In this document: positions 29,101-43,604 of the stretch, in pieces
How the letters are laid out: every line of letters begins with the position of its first letter
Position numbering within the stretch: the stretch's first letter is position 1
Source of the DNA: Yuukianura sp. NJ FZ-2021
Taxonomy: Eukaryota
Assembly: GCA_046563655.1 (NCBI GenBank)
Contig: JAJCTO010000010.1
Location: 372,001 to 436,000, forward strand
DNA length: 64,000 nucleotides
Direction of reading: 5' to 3'
Translations under genes and position numbers: made by a program
Notes under the pieces: generated by a model
Told to the model about the DNA's origin: nothing
Seen by the model: the letters and a program-made list of their open reading frames with translations, nothing else
Databases searched by the model: none

Positions 29101-32100
29101 TAAGGGGAAAAATTGCCCTGCAAATTCACAAAATGGCTGTATCTCGAGAAATATGGATTTCCGGTGAAATCTAATTGCAAATTCGGATTCACCGACTTGA
29201 AATTGATGTGAGTACACTATCAAAGGTGGGTATTTAGAAAGGCAGTTTTTCTAGAATTTTGAAGGGGGTAAAATTGCTCTGCAAATTCACAAAATGGCTG
29301 TATCTCGAGAAATATGGATTTCCGGTGAAATCTAATTGCAAATTCGGATTCACCGACTTGAAATTGATGTGAGTACACTATCAAAGGTGGGTATTTAGAA
29401 AGGCAGTTTTTCTAGAATTTTGAAGGGGGTTAAATTGCTCTGCAAATTCACAAAATGGCTGTATCTCGAGAAATATGGATTTCCGGTGAAATCTAATTGC
29501 AAATTCGGATTCACCGACTTGAAATTGATGTGAGTACACTATCAAAGGTGGGTATTTAGAAAGGCAGTTTTTCTAGAATTTTGAAGGGGGTTAAATTGCT
29601 CTGCAAATTCACAAAATGGCTGTATCTCGAGAAATATGGATTTCCGGTGAAATCTAATTGCAAATTCCGATTCACCGACTTGAAATTGATGTGAGTACAC
29701 TATCAAAGGTGGGTATTTAGAAAGGCAGTTTTTCTAGAATTTTGAAGGGGTTAAATTGCTCTGCAAATTCACAAAATGGCTGTATCTCGAGAAATATGGA
29801 TTTCCGGTGAAATCTAATTGCAAATTCCGATTCACCGACTTGAAATTGATGTGAGTACACTATCAAAGGTGGGTATTTAGAAAGGCAGTTTTTCTAGAAT
29901 TTTGAAGGGGGTTAAATTGCTCTGCAAATTCACAAAATGGCTGTATCTCGAGAAATATGGATTTCCGGTGAAATCTAATTGCAAATTCCGATTCACCGAC
30001 TTGAAATTGATGTGAGTACACTATCAAAGGTGGGTATTTAGAAAGGCAGTTTTTCTAGAATTTTGAAGGGGTTAAATTGCTCTGCAAATTCACAAAATGG
30101 CTGTATCTCGAGAAATATGGATTTCCGGTGAAATCTAATTGCAAATTCCGATTCACCGACTTGAAATTGATGTGAGTACACTATCAAAGGTGGGTATTTA
30201 GAAAGGCAGTTTTTCTAGAATTTTGAAGGGGGTTAAATTGCTCTGCAAATTCACAAAATGGCTGTATCTCGAGAAATATGGATTTCCGGTGAAATCTAAT
30301 TGCAAATTCGGATTCACCGACTTGAAATTGATGTGAGTACACTATCAAAGGTGGGTATTTAGAAAGGCAGTTTTTCTAGAATTTTGAAAGGGGTTAAATT
30401 GCTCTGCAAATTCACAAAATGGCTGTATCTCGAGAAATATGGATTTCCGGTGAAATCTAATTGCAAATTCCGATTCACCGACTTGAAATTGATGTGAGTA
30501 CACTATCAAAGGTGGGTATTTAGAAAGGCAGTTTTTCTAGAATTTTGAAGGGAGTTAAATTGCTCTGCAAATTCACAAAATGGCTGTATCTCGAGAAATA
30601 TGGATTTCCGGTGAAATCTAATTGCAAATTCGGATTCACCGACTTGAAATTGATGTGAGTACACTATCAAAGGTGGGTATTTAGAAAGGCAGTTTTTCTA
30701 GAATTTTGTAAGGGGAAAAATTGCCCTGCAAATTCACAAAATGGCTGTATCTCGAGAAATATGGATTTCCGGTGAAATCTAATTGCAAATTCCGATTCAC
30801 CGACTTGAAATTGATGTGAGTACACTATCAAAGGTGGGTATTTAGAAAGGCAGTTTTTCTAGAATTTTGTAAGGGGAAAAATTGCCCTGCAAATTCACAA
30901 AATGGCTGTATCTCGAGAAATATGGATTTCCGGTGAAATCTAATTGCAAATTCGGATTCACCGACTTGAAATTGATGTGAGTACACTATCAAAGGTGGGT
31001 ATTTAGAAAGGCAGTTTTTCTAGAATTTTGAAGGGGGTTAAATTGCTCTGCAAATTCACAAAATGGCTGTATCTCGAGAAATATGGATTTCCGGTGAAAT
31101 CTAATTGCAAATTCCGATTCACCGACTTGAAATTGATGTGAGTACACTATCAAAGGTGGGTATTTAGAAAGGCAGTTTTTCTAGAATTTTGAAGGGGTTA
31201 AATTGCTCTGCAAATTCACAAAATGGCTGTATCTCGAGAAATATGGATTTCCGGTGAAATCTAATTGCAAATTCGGATTCACCGACTTGAAATTGATGTG
31301 AGTACACTATCAAAGGTGGGTATTTAGAAAGGCAGTTTTTCTAGAATTTTGTAAGGGGAAAAATTGCCCTGCAAATTCACAAAATGGCTGTATCTCGAGA
31401 AATATGGATTTCCGGTGAAATCTAATTGCAAATTCCGATTCACCGACTTGAAATTGATGTGAGTACACTATCAAAGGTGGGTATTTAGAAAGGCAGTTTT
31501 TCTAGAATTTTGAAGGGGGTTAAATTGCTCTGCAAATTCACAAAATGGCTGTATCTCGAGAAATATGGATTTCCGGTGAAATCTAATTGCAAATTCCGAT
31601 TCACCGACTTGAAATTGATGTGAGTACACTATCAAAGGTGGGTATTTAGAAAGGCAGTTTTTCTAGAATTTTGAAGGGTGTTAAATTGCTCTGCAAATTC
31701 ACAAAATGGCTGTATCTCGAGAAATATGGATTTCCGGTGAAATCTAATTGCAAATTCCGATTCACCGACTTGAAATTGATGTGAGTACACTATCAAAGGT
31801 GGGTATTTAGAAAGGCAGTTTTTCTAGAATTTTGAAGGGGGTTAAATTGCTCTGCAAATTCACAAAATGGCTGTATCTCGAGAAATATGGATTTCCGGTG
31901 AAATCTAATTGCAAATTCCGATTCACCGACTTGAAATTGATGTGAGTACACTATCAAAGGTGGGTATTTAGAAAGGCAGTTTTTCTAGAATTTTGAAGGG
32001 GTTAAATTGCTCTGCAAATTCACAAAATGGCTGTATCTCGAGAAATATGGATTTCCGGTGAAATCTAATTGCAAATTCCGATTCACCGACTTGAAATTGA

Positions 32101-35100
32101 TGTGAGTACACTATCAAAGGTGGGTATTTAGAAAGGCAGTTTTTCTAGAATTTTGAAGTGGGTTAAATTGCTCTGCAAATTCACAAAATGGCTGTATCTC
32201 GAGAAATATGGATTTCCGGTGAAATCTAATTGCAAATTCCGGATTCACCGACTTGAAATTGATGTGAGTACACTATCAAAGGTGGGTATTTAGAAAGGCA
32301 GTTTTTCTAGAATTTTGAAAGGGGTTAAATTGCTCTGCAAATTCACAAAATGGCTGTATCTCGAGAAATATGTATTACCGGTGAAATCTAATTGCAAATT
32401 CAGATTCACCGACTTGAAATTGATGTGAGTACACTTTCAAAGGTGGGTATTTAGAAAGGCAGTTTTTCTAGAATTTTGAAAGGGGTTAAATTGCTCTGCA
32501 AATTCACAAAATGGCTGTATCTCGAGAAATATGGATTTCCGGTGAAATCTAATTGCAAATTTGGATTCACCGACTTGAAATTGATGTGAGTACACTATCA
32601 AAGGTGGGTATTTAGAAAGGCAGTTTTTCTAGAATTTTGTAAGGGGAAAAATTGCTCTGCAAATTCACAAAATGGCTGTATCTCGAGAAATATGGATTTC
32701 CGGTGAAATCTAATTGCAAATTCCGATTCACCGACTTGAAATTGATGTGAGTACACTATCAAAGGTGGGTATTTAGAAAGGCAGTTTTTCTAGAATTTTG
32801 AAGGGGGTTAAATTGCTCTGCAAATTCACAAAATGGCTGTATCTCGAGAAATATGGATTTCCGGTGAAATCTAATTGCAAATTCCGATTCACCGACTTGA
32901 AATTGATGTGAGTACACTATCAAAGGTGGGTATTTAGAAAGGCAGTTTTTCTAGAATTTTGAAGGGGTTAAATTGCTCTGCAAATTCACAAAATGGCTGT
33001 ATCTCGAGAAATATGGATTTCCGGTGAAATCTAATTGCAAATTCCGATTCACCGACTTGAAATTGATGTGAGTACACTATCAAAGGTGGGTATTTAGAAA
33101 GGCAGTTTTTCTAGAATTTTGAAGGGCGTAAAATTGCTCTGCAAATTCACAAAATGGCTGTATCTCGAGAAATATGGATTTCCGGTGAAATCTAATTGCA
33201 AATTCCGATTCACCGACTTGAAATTGATGTGAGTACACTATCAAAGGTGGGTATTTAGAAAGGCAGTTTTTCTAGAATTTTGAAGGGGTTTAAATTGCTC
33301 TGCAAATTCACAAAATGGCTGTATCTCGAGAAATATGGATTTCCGGTGAAATCTAATTGCAAATTCCGATTCACCGACTTGAAATTGATGTGAGTACACT
33401 ATCAAAGGTGGGTATTTAGAAAGGCAGTTTTTCTAGAATTTTGAAGGGGGTTAAATTGCTCTGCAAATTCACAAAATGGCTGTATCTCGAGAAATATGGA
33501 TTTCCGGTGAAATCTAATTGCAAATTCCGATTCACCGACTTGAAATTGATGTGAGTACACTATCAAAGGTGGGTATTTAGAAAGGCAGTTTTTCTAGAAT
33601 TTTGAAAGGGGTTAAATTGCTCTGCAAATTCACAAAATGGCTGTATCTCGAGAAATATGTATTACCGGTGAAATCTAATTGCAAATTCAGATTCACCGAC
33701 TTGAAATTGATGTGAGTACACTTTCAAAGGTGGGTATTTAGAAAGGCAGTTTTTCTAGAATTTTGAAGGGGTTAAATTGCTCTGCAAATTCACAAAATGG
33801 CTGTATCTCGAGAAATATGGATTTCCGGTGAAATCTAATTGCAAATTCCGATTCACCGACTTGAAATTGATGTGAGTACACTATCAAAGGTGGGTATTTA
33901 GAAAGGCAGTTTTTCTAGAATTTTGAAGGGGTTAAATTGCTCTGCAAATTCACAAAATGGCTGTATCTCGAGAAATATGGATTTCCGGTGAAATCTAATT
34001 GCAAATTCGGATTCACCGACTTGAAATTGATGTGAGTACACTATCAAAGGTGGGTATTTAGAAAGGCAGTTTTTCTAGAATTTTGTAAGGGGAAAAATTG
34101 CCCTGCAAATTCACAAAATGGCTGTATCTCGAGAAATATGGATTTCCGGTGAAATCTAATTGCAAATTCCGATTCACCGACTTGAAATTGATGTGAGTAC
34201 ACTATCAAAGGTGGGTATTTAGAAAGGCAGTTTTTCTAGAATTTTGTAAGGGGAAATATTGCCCTGCAAATTCACAAAATGGCTGTATCTCGAGAAATAT
34301 GGATTTCCGGTGAAATCTAATTGCAAATTCGGATTCACCGACTTGAAATTGATGTGAGTACACTATCAAAGGTGGGTATTTAGAAAGGCAGTTTTTCTAC
34401 AATTTTGTAAGAGGTTAAGTTGCTCTGCAAATTCACAAAATGGCTGTATCTCGAGAAATATGGATTTCCGGTGAAATCTAATTGCAAATTCCGATTCACC
34501 GACTTGAAATTGATGTGAGTACACTATCAAAGGTGGGTATTTAGAAAGGCAGTTTTTCTAGAATTTTGAAGGGGTTAAATTGCTCTGCAAATTCACAAAA
34601 TGGCTGTATCTCGAGAAATATGGATTTCCGGTGAAATCTAATTGCAAATTCCGATTCACCGACTTGAAATTGATGTGAGTACACTATCAAAGGTGGGTAT
34701 TTAGAAAGGCAGTTTTTCTAGAATTTTGAAGGGATTAAATTGCTCTGCAAATTCACAAAATGGCTGTATCTCGAGAAATATGGATTTCCGGTGAAATCTA
34801 ATTGCAAATCCGGATTCACCGACTTGAAATTGATGTGAGTACACTATCAAAGGTGGGTATTTAGAAAGGCAGTTTTTCTAGAATTTTGAAGGAGGTTAAA
34901 TTGCTCTGCAAATTCACAAAATGGCTGTATCTCGAGAAATATGGATTTCCGGTGAAATCTAATTGCAAATCCGGATTCACCGACTTGAAATTGATGTGAG
35001 TACACTATCAAAGGTGGGTATTTAGAAAGGCAGTTTTTCTAGAATTTTGAAGGGGGTTAAATTGCTCTGCAAATTCACAAAATGGCTGTATCTCGAGAAA

Positions 35101-38100
35101 TATGGATTTCCGGTGAAATCTAATTGCAAATTCCGATTCACCGACTTGAAATTGATGTGAGTACACTATCAAAGGTGGGTATTTAGAAAGGCAGTTTTTC
35201 TAGAATTTTGAAGGGTGTTAAATTGCTCTGCAAATTCACAAAATGGCTGTATCTCGAGAAATATGGATTTCCGGTGAAATCTAATTGCAAATCCGGATTC
35301 ACCGACTTGAAATTGATGTGAGTACACTATCAAAGGTGGGTATTTAGAAAGGCAGTTTTTCTAGAATTTTGAAGGGGTTAAATTGCTCTGCAAATTCACA
35401 AAATGGCTGTATCTCGAGAAATATGGATTTCCGGTGAAATCTAATTGCAAATTCCGATTCACCGACTTGAAATTGATGTGAGTACACTATCAAAGGTGGG
35501 TATTTAGAAAGGCAGTTTTTCTAGAATTTTGAAGGGGGTTAAATTGCTCTGCAAATTCACAAAATGGCTGTATCTCGAGAAATATGGATTTCCGGTGAAA
35601 TCTAATTGCAAATTCCGATTCACCGACTTGAAATTGATGTGAGTACACTATCAAAGGTGGGTATTTAGAAAGGCAGTTTTTCTAGAATTTTGAAGGGGGT
35701 TAAATTGCTCTGCAAATTCACAAAATGGCTGTATCTCGAGAAATATGGATTTCCGGTGAAATCTAATTGCAAATTCCGATTCACCGACTTGAAATTGATG
35801 TGAGTACACTATCAAAGGTGGGTATTTAGAAAGGCAGTTTTTCTAGAATTTTGTAAGTGGAAAAATTGCCCTGCAAATTCACAAAATGGCTGTATCTCGA
35901 GAAATATGGATTTCCGGTGAAATCTAATTGCAAATTCGGATTCACCGACTTGAAATTGATGTGAGTACACTATCAAAGGTGGGTATTTAGAAAGGCAGTT
36001 TTTCTAGATTTTGAAGGGGGATAAATTGCTCTGCAAATTCACAAAATGGCTGTATCTCGAGAAATATGTATTACCGGTGAAATCTAATTGCAAATTCAGA
36101 TTCACCGACTTGAAATTGATGTGAGTACACTTTCAAAGGTGGGTATTTAGAAAGGCAGTTTTTCTAGAATTTTGAAGGGGATTAAATTGCTCTGCAAATT
36201 CACAAAATGGCTGTATCTCGAGAAATATGGATTTCCGGTGAAATCTAATTGCAAATTCCGATTCACCGACTTGAAATTGATGTGAGTACACTATCAAAGG
36301 TGGGTATTTAGAAAGGCAGTTTTTCTAGAATTTTAGGGGTTAAAATTGCTCTGCAAATTCACAAAATGGCTGTATCTCGAGAAATATGGATTTCCGGTGA
36401 AATCTAATTGCAAATTCCGATTCACCGACTTGAAATTGATGTGAGTACACTATCAAAGGTGGGTATTTAGAAAGGCAGTTTTTCTAGAATTTTGAAGGGG
36501 GTTAAATTGCTCTGCAAATTCACAAAATGGCTGTATCTCGAGAAATATGGATTTCCGGTGAAATCTAATTGCAAATTCCGATTCACCGACTTGAAATTGA
36601 TGTGAGTACACTATCAAAGGTGGGTATTTAGAAAGGCAGTTTTTCTAGAATTTTGAAGGGGGTTAAATTGCTCTGCAAATTCACAAAATGGCTGTATCTC
36701 GAGAAATATGGATTTCCGGTGAAATCTAATTGCAAATCCGGATTCACCGACTTGAAATTGATGTGAGTACACTATCAAAGGTGGGTATTTAGAAAGGCAG
36801 TTTTTCTAGAATTTTGAAGGGGGTTAAATTGCTCTGCAAATTCACAAAATGGCTGTATCTCGAGAAATATGGATTTCCGGTGAAATCTAATTGCAAATTC
36901 CGATTCACCGACTTGAAATTGATGTGAGTACACTATCAAAGGTGGGTATTTAGAAAGGCAGTTTTTCTAGAATTTTGAAGGGGGTTAAATTGCTCTGCAA
37001 ATTCACAAAATGGCTGTATCTCGAGAAATATGGATTTCCGGTGAAATCTAATTGCAAATTCCGATTCACCGACTTGAAATTGATGTGAGTACACTATCAA
37101 AGGTGGGTATTTAGAAAGGCAGTTTTTCTAGAATTTTGAGGGGGTTAAATTGCTCTGCAAATTCACAAAATGGCTGTATCTCGAGAAATATGGATTTCCG
37201 GTGAAATCTAATTGCAAATTCCGATTCACCGACTTGAAATTGATGTGAGTACACTATCAAAGGTGGGTATTTAGAAAGGCAGTTTTTCTAGAATTTTGAA
37301 GGGGTTAAATTGCTCTGCAAATTCACAAAATGGCTGTATCTCGAGAAATATGGATTTCCGGTGAAATCTAATTGCAAATTCCGATTCACCGACTTGAAAT
37401 TGATGTGAGTACACTATCAAAGGTGGGTATTTAGAAAGGCAGTTTTTCTAGAATTTTGTACGGGGAAAAATTGCCCTGCAAATTCACAAAATGGCTGTAT
37501 CTCGAGAAATATGGATTTCCGGTGAAATCTAATTGCAAATTCGGATTCACCGACTTGAAATTGATGTGAGTACACTATCAAAGGTGGGTATTTAGAAAGG
37601 CAGTTTTTCTAGAATTTTGAAGGGGGTTAAATTGCTCTGCAAATTCACAAAATGGCTGTATCTCGAGAAATATGGATTTCCGGTGAAATCTAATTGCAAA
37701 TTCCGATTCACCGACTTGAAATTGATGTGAGTACACTATCAAAGGTGGGTATTTAGAAAGGCAGTTTTTCTAGAATTTTGAAGGGGGTTAAATTGCTCTG
37801 CAAATTCACAAAATGGCTGTATCTCGAAAAATATGGATTTCCGGTGAAATCTAATTGCATATTCCGATTCACCGACTTGAAATTGATGTGAGTACACTAT
37901 CAAACGTGGGTATTTAGAAAGGCAGTTTTTCTAGAATTTTGAAGGGGTTAAATTGCTCTGCAAATTCACAAAATGGCTGTATCTCGAGAAATATGGATTT
38001 CCGGTGAAATCTAATTGCAAATTCCGATTCACCGACTTGAAATTGATGTGAGTACACTATCAAAGGTGGGTATTTAGAAAGGCAGTTTTTCTAGAATTTT

Positions 38101-41100
38101 GAAGGGCGTAAAATTGCTCTGCAAATTCACAAAATGGCTGTATCTCGAGAAATATGGATTTCCGGTGAAATCTAATTGCAAATTCCGATTCACCGACTTG
38201 AAATTGATGTGAGTACACTATCAAAGGTGGGTATTTAGAAAGGCAGTTTTTCTAGAATTTTGAAGGGGTTAAATTGCTCTGCAAATTCACAAAATGGCTG
38301 TATCTCGAGAAATATGGATTTCCGGTGAAATCTAATTGCAAATTCGGATTCACCGACTTGAAATTGATGTGAGTACACTATCAAAGGTGGGTATTTAGAA
38401 AGGCAGTTTTTCTAGAATTTTGTAAGGGGAAAAATTGCTCTGCAAATTCACAAAATGGCTGTATCTCGAGAAATATGGATTTCCGGTGAAATCTAATTGC
38501 AAATTCCGATTCACCGACTTGAAATTGATGTGAGTACACTATCAAAGGTGGGTATTTAGAAAGGCAGTTTTTCTAGAATTTTGAAGGGGGTTAAATTGCT
38601 CTGCAAATTCACAAAATGGCTGTATCTCGAGAAATATGGATTTCCGGTGAAATCTAATTGCAAATTCCGATTCACCGACTTGAAATTGATGTGAGTACAC
38701 TATCAAAGGTGGGTATTTAGAAAGGCAGTTTTTCTAGAATTTTGATAAATTGCTCTGCAAATTCACAAAATGGCTGTATCTCGAGAAATATGGATTTCCG
38801 GTGAAATCTAATTGCAAATTCCGATTCACCGACTTGAAATTGATGTGAGTACACTATCAAAGGTGGGTATTTAGAAAGGCAGTTTTTCTAGAATTTTGAA
38901 GGGGTTTAAATTGCTCTGCAAATTCACAAAATGGCTGTATCTCGAGAAATATGGATTTCCGGTGAAATCTAATTGCAAATTCCGATTCACCGACTTGAAA
39001 TTGATGTGAGTACACTATCAAAGGTGGGTATTTAGAAAGGCAGTTTTTCTAGAATTTTGAAGGGGGTTAAATTGCTCTGCAAATTCACAAAATGGCTGTA
39101 TCTCGAGAAATATGGATTTCCGGTGAAATCTAATTGCAAATTCGGATTCACCGACTTGAAATTGATGTGAGTACACTATCAAAGGTGGGTATTTAGAAAG
39201 GCAGTTTTTCTAGAATTTTGAAGGGGGTTAAATTGCTCTGCAAATTCACAAAATGGCTGTATCTCGAGAAATATGGATTTCCGGTGAAATCTAATTGCAA
39301 ATTCGGATTCACCGACTTGAAATTGATGTGAGTACACTTTCAAAGGTGGGTATTTAGAAAGGCAGTTTTTCTAGAATTTTGAAGGGGGTTAAATTGCTCT
39401 GCAAATTCACAAAATGGCTGTATCTCGAGAAATATGGATTTCCGGTGAAATCTAATTGCAAATTCCGATTCACCGACTTGAAATTGATGTGAGTACACTT
39501 TCAAAGGTGGGTATTTAGAAAGGCAGTTTTTCTAGAATTTTGAAGGGGGTTAAATTGCTCTGCAAATTCACAAAATGGCTGTATCTCGAGAAATATGGAT
39601 TTCCGGTGAAATCTAATTGCAAATTCCGATTCACCGACTTGAAATTGATGTGAGTACACTATCAAAGGTGGGTATTTAGAAAGGCAGTTTTTCTAGAATT
39701 TTGAAGGGCGTAAAATTGCTCTGCAAATTCACAAAATGGCTGTATCTCGAGAAATATGGATTTCCGGTGAAATCTAATTGCAAATTCCGATTCACCGACT
39801 TGAAATTGATGTGAGTACACTATCAAAGGTGGGTATTTAGAAAGGCAGTTTTTCTAGAATTTTGAAGGGGTTAAATTGCTCTGCAAATTCACAAAATGGC
39901 TGTATCTCGAGAAATATGGATTTCCGGTGAAATCTAATTGCAAATTCCGATTCACCGACTTGAAATTGATGTGAGTACACTATCAAAGGTGGGTATTTAG
40001 AAAGGCAGTTTTTCTAGAATTTTGAAGGGGGTTAAATTGCTCTGCAAATTCACAAAATGGCTGTATCTCGAGAAATATGGATTTCCGGTGAAATCTAATT
40101 GCAAATTCGGATTCACCGACTTGAAATTGATGTGAGTACACTATCAAAGGTGGGTATTTAGAAAGGCAGTTTTTCTAGAATTTTGAAGGGGGTTAAATTG
40201 CTCTGCAAATTCACAAAATGGCTGTATCTCGAGAAATATGGATTTCCGGTGAAATCTAATTGCAAATTCGGATTCACCGACTTGAAATTGATGTGAGTAC
40301 ACTATCAAAGGTGGGTATTTAGAAAGGCAGTTTTTCTAGAATTTTGAAGAGGTTAAATTGCTCTGCAAATTCACAAAATGGCTGTATCTCGAGAAATATG
40401 GATTTCCGGTGAAATCTAATTGCAAATTCCGATTCACCGACTTGAAATTGATGTGAGTACACTATCAAAGGTGGGTATTTAGAAAGGCAGTTTTTCTAGA
40501 ATTTTGAAGGGGGTTAAATTGCTCTGCAAATTCACAAAATGGCTGTATCTCGAGAAATATGGATTTCCGGTGAAATCTAATTGCAAATTCCGATTCACCG
40601 ACTTGAAATTGATGTGAGTACACTATCAAAGGTGGGTATTTAGAAAGGCAGTTTTTCTAGAATTTTGAAGGGGTTAAATTGCTCTGCAAATTCACAAAAT
40701 GGCTGTATCTCGAGAAATATGGATTTCCGGTGAAATCTAATTGCAAATTCCGATTCACCGACTTGAAATTGATGTGAGTACACTATCAAAGGTGGGTATT
40801 TAGAAAGGCAGTTTTTCTAGAATTTTGAAAGGGGTTAAATTGCTCTGCAAATTCACAAAATGGCTGTATCTCGAGAAATATGGATTTCCGGTGAAATCTA
40901 ATTGCAAATTCCGATTCACCGACTTGAAATTGATGTGAGTACACTATCAAAGGTGGGTATTTAGAAAGGCAGTTTTTCTAGAATTTTGAAGGGGTTAAAT
41001 TGCTCTGCAAATTCACAAAATGGCTGTATCTCGAGAAATATGGATTTCCGGTGAAATCTAATTGCAAATTCCGATTCACCGACTTGAAATTGATGTGAGT

Positions 41101-43105
41101 ACACTATCAAAGGTGGGTATTTAGAAAGGCAGTTTTTCTAGAATTTTGAAGGGGTTAAATTGCTCTGCAAATTCACAAAATGGCTGTATCTCGAGAAATA
41201 TGGATTTCCGGTGAAATCTAATTGCAAATTCGGATTCACCGACTTGAAATTGATGTGAGTACACTATCAAAGGTGGGTATTTAGAAAGGCAGTTTTTCTA
41301 GAATTTTGTAAGGGGAAAAATTGCCCTGCAAATTCACAAAATGGCTGTATCTCGAGAAATATGGATTTCCGGTGAAATCTAATTGCAAATTCCGATTCAC
41401 CGACTTGAAATTGATGTGAGTACACTATCAAAGGTGGGTATTTAGAAAGGCAGTTTTTCTAGAATTTTGAAGGGGTTAAATTGCTCTGCAAATTCACAAA
41501 ATGGCTGTATCTCGAGAAATATGGATTTCCGGTGAAATCTAATTGCAAATTCCGATTCACCGACTTGAAATTGATGTGAGTACACTATCAAAGGTGGGTA
41601 TTTAGAAAGGCAGTTTTTCTAGAATTTTGAAGGGGGTTAAATTGCTCTGCAAATTCACAAAATGGCTGTATCTCGAGAAATATGGATTTCCGGTGAAATC
41701 TAATTGCAAATTCCGATTCACCGACTTGAAATTGATGTGAGTACACTATCAAAGGTGGGTATTTAGAAAGGCAGTTTTTCTAGAATTTTGAAGGGGGTTA
41801 AATTGCTCTGCAAATTCACAAAATGGCTGTATCTCGAGAAATATGGATTTCCGGTGAAATCTAATTGCAAATTCCGATTCACCGACTTGAAATTGATGTG
41901 AGTACACTATCAAAGGTGGGTATTTAGAAAGGCAGTTTTTCTAGAATTTTGATAAATTGCTCTGCAAATTCACAAAATGGCTGTATCTCGAGAAATATGG
42001 ATTTCCGGTGAAATCTAATTGCAAATTCCGATTCACCGACTTGAAATTGATGTGAGTACACTATCAAAGGTGGGTATTTAGAAAGGCAGTTTTTCTAGAA
42101 TTTTGAAGGGGGTTAAATTGCTCTGCAAATTCACAAAATGGCTGTATCTCGAGAAATATGGATTGCCGGTGAAATCTAATTGCAAATTCGGATTCACCGA
42201 CTTGAAATTGATGTGAGTACACTTTCAAAGGTGGGTATTTAGAAAGGCAGTTTTTCTAGAATTTTGAAGGGGGATAAATTGCTCTGCAAATTCACAAAAT
42301 GGCTGTATCTCGAGAAATATGGATTTCCGGTGAAATCTAATTGCAAATTCCGATTCACCGACTTGAAATTGATGTGAGTACACTATCAAAGGTGGGTATT
42401 TAGAAAGGCAGTTTTTCTAGAATTTTGAAGGGGTTAAATTGCTCTGCAAATTCACAAAATGGCTGTATCTCGAGAAATATGGATTTCCGGTGAAATCTAA
42501 TTGCAAATTCCGATTCACCGACTTGAAATTGATGTGAGTACACTATCAAAGGTGGGTATTTAGAAAGGCAGTTTTTCTAGAATTTTGAAGTTGGTTAAAT
42601 TGCTCTGCAAATTCACAAAATGGCTGTATCTCGAGAAATATGGATTGCCGGTGAAATCTACTTGCAAATTCGGATTCACCGACTTGAAATTGATGTGAGT
42701 ACACTTTCAAAGGTGGGTATTTAGAAAGGCAGTTTTTCTAGAATTTTGAAGGGGTTAAATTGCTCTGCAAATTCACAAAATGGCTGTATCTCGAGAAATA
42801 TGGATTGCCGGTGAAATCTACTTGCAAATTCGGATTCACCGACTTGAAATTGATGTGAGTACACTTTCAAAGGTGGGTATTTAGAAAGGCAGTTTTTCTA
42901 GAATTTTGAAGGGGGTTAAATTGCTCTGCAAATTCACAAAATGGCTGTATCTCGAGAAATATGGATTTCCGGTGAAATCTAATTGCAAATTCCGATTCAC
43001 CGACTTGAAATTGATGTGAGTACACTATCAAAGGTGGGTATTTAGAAAGGCAGTTTTTCTAGAATTTTGAAGTGGGTTAAATTGCTCTGCAAATTCACAA
43101 AATGG
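5181..43105. repeat. Satellite 2: highly homogeneous 160/161-bp tandem array, about 236 copies, likely (peri)centromeric or heterochromatic
   Basis: The monomer ggggttaaattgctctgcaaattcacaaaatggctgtatctcgagaaatatggatttccggtgaaatctaattgcaaattccgattcaccgacttgaaattgatgtgagtacactatcaaaggtgggtatttagaaaggcagtttttctagaattttgaa repeats head-to-tail up to the gap. Copy number is array length divided by ~160.5. The centromeric role is inference only. Confidence 0.98.
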
Positions 43106-43205
43106 NNNNNNNNNNNNNNNNNNNNNNNNNNNNNNNNNNNNNNNNNNNNNNNNNNNNNNNNNNNNNNNNNNNNNNNNNNNNNNNNNNNNNNNNNNNNNNN
43201 NNNNN
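43106..43205. other. Assembly gap (100 N)
   Basis: Exactly 100 N, typical of a scaffolding placeholder, so the true distance between the satellite and the right-hand contig is unknown. Confidence 0.99.
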
Positions 43206-43604
43206 GGTGTTTCTAAATAATGACTATAGTCAAGCTCGTTTTCCGTCCGCAGGAAAAGTTGCTTCCGAAATGGAAACGTAAAAACGAAAAATTGTTGAGA
43301 TTTTTCATTTTTCACATATCATAAATAAACATGGATACTGTTATGGATTATGAAGTAGCGAAAACTACTTTATGGTTGGACCTTGCCTGTCTGAGTGTCC
43401 GGCAGGCCTTCCGTCAATAGCTATTACAATGAGTTCTCAAATTCCGAACGAGTTGGCGCCATTCACTCGAGGGCGGGATACCGTAAAGTTTGAATTTGGA
43501 AGGGAAGTCTTCTCAACAGACAGAAGCGATAAGGGTAAACAAAACCTTTGAAAAGATTAAAGTCACATCTTGAAAGCAACCCATTCCCAGGCGTCAAGCT
43601 ATTA

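Noticed and set aside
5181..43105. CRISPR-like reading (constant repeat plus variable spacer)
   Set aside because: The constant part is ~150 bp, the variable part is ~9 nt of related and recurring alleles, there are no cas genes, and the context is eukaryotic.
5181..43105. Telomeric-repeat origin of the ggggtt motif
   Set aside because: There is only a single motif per monomer, with no tandem TTAGG or TTAGGG runs.
1..43105. Common ancestry of satellites 1 and 2 (shared ttctagaa, ggattc, gtgagt words)
   Set aside because: Only short words are shared and I could not make a colinear alignment by eye.
43028..43315. 95-aa ORF
   Set aside because: It spans the N gap and is an artefact.
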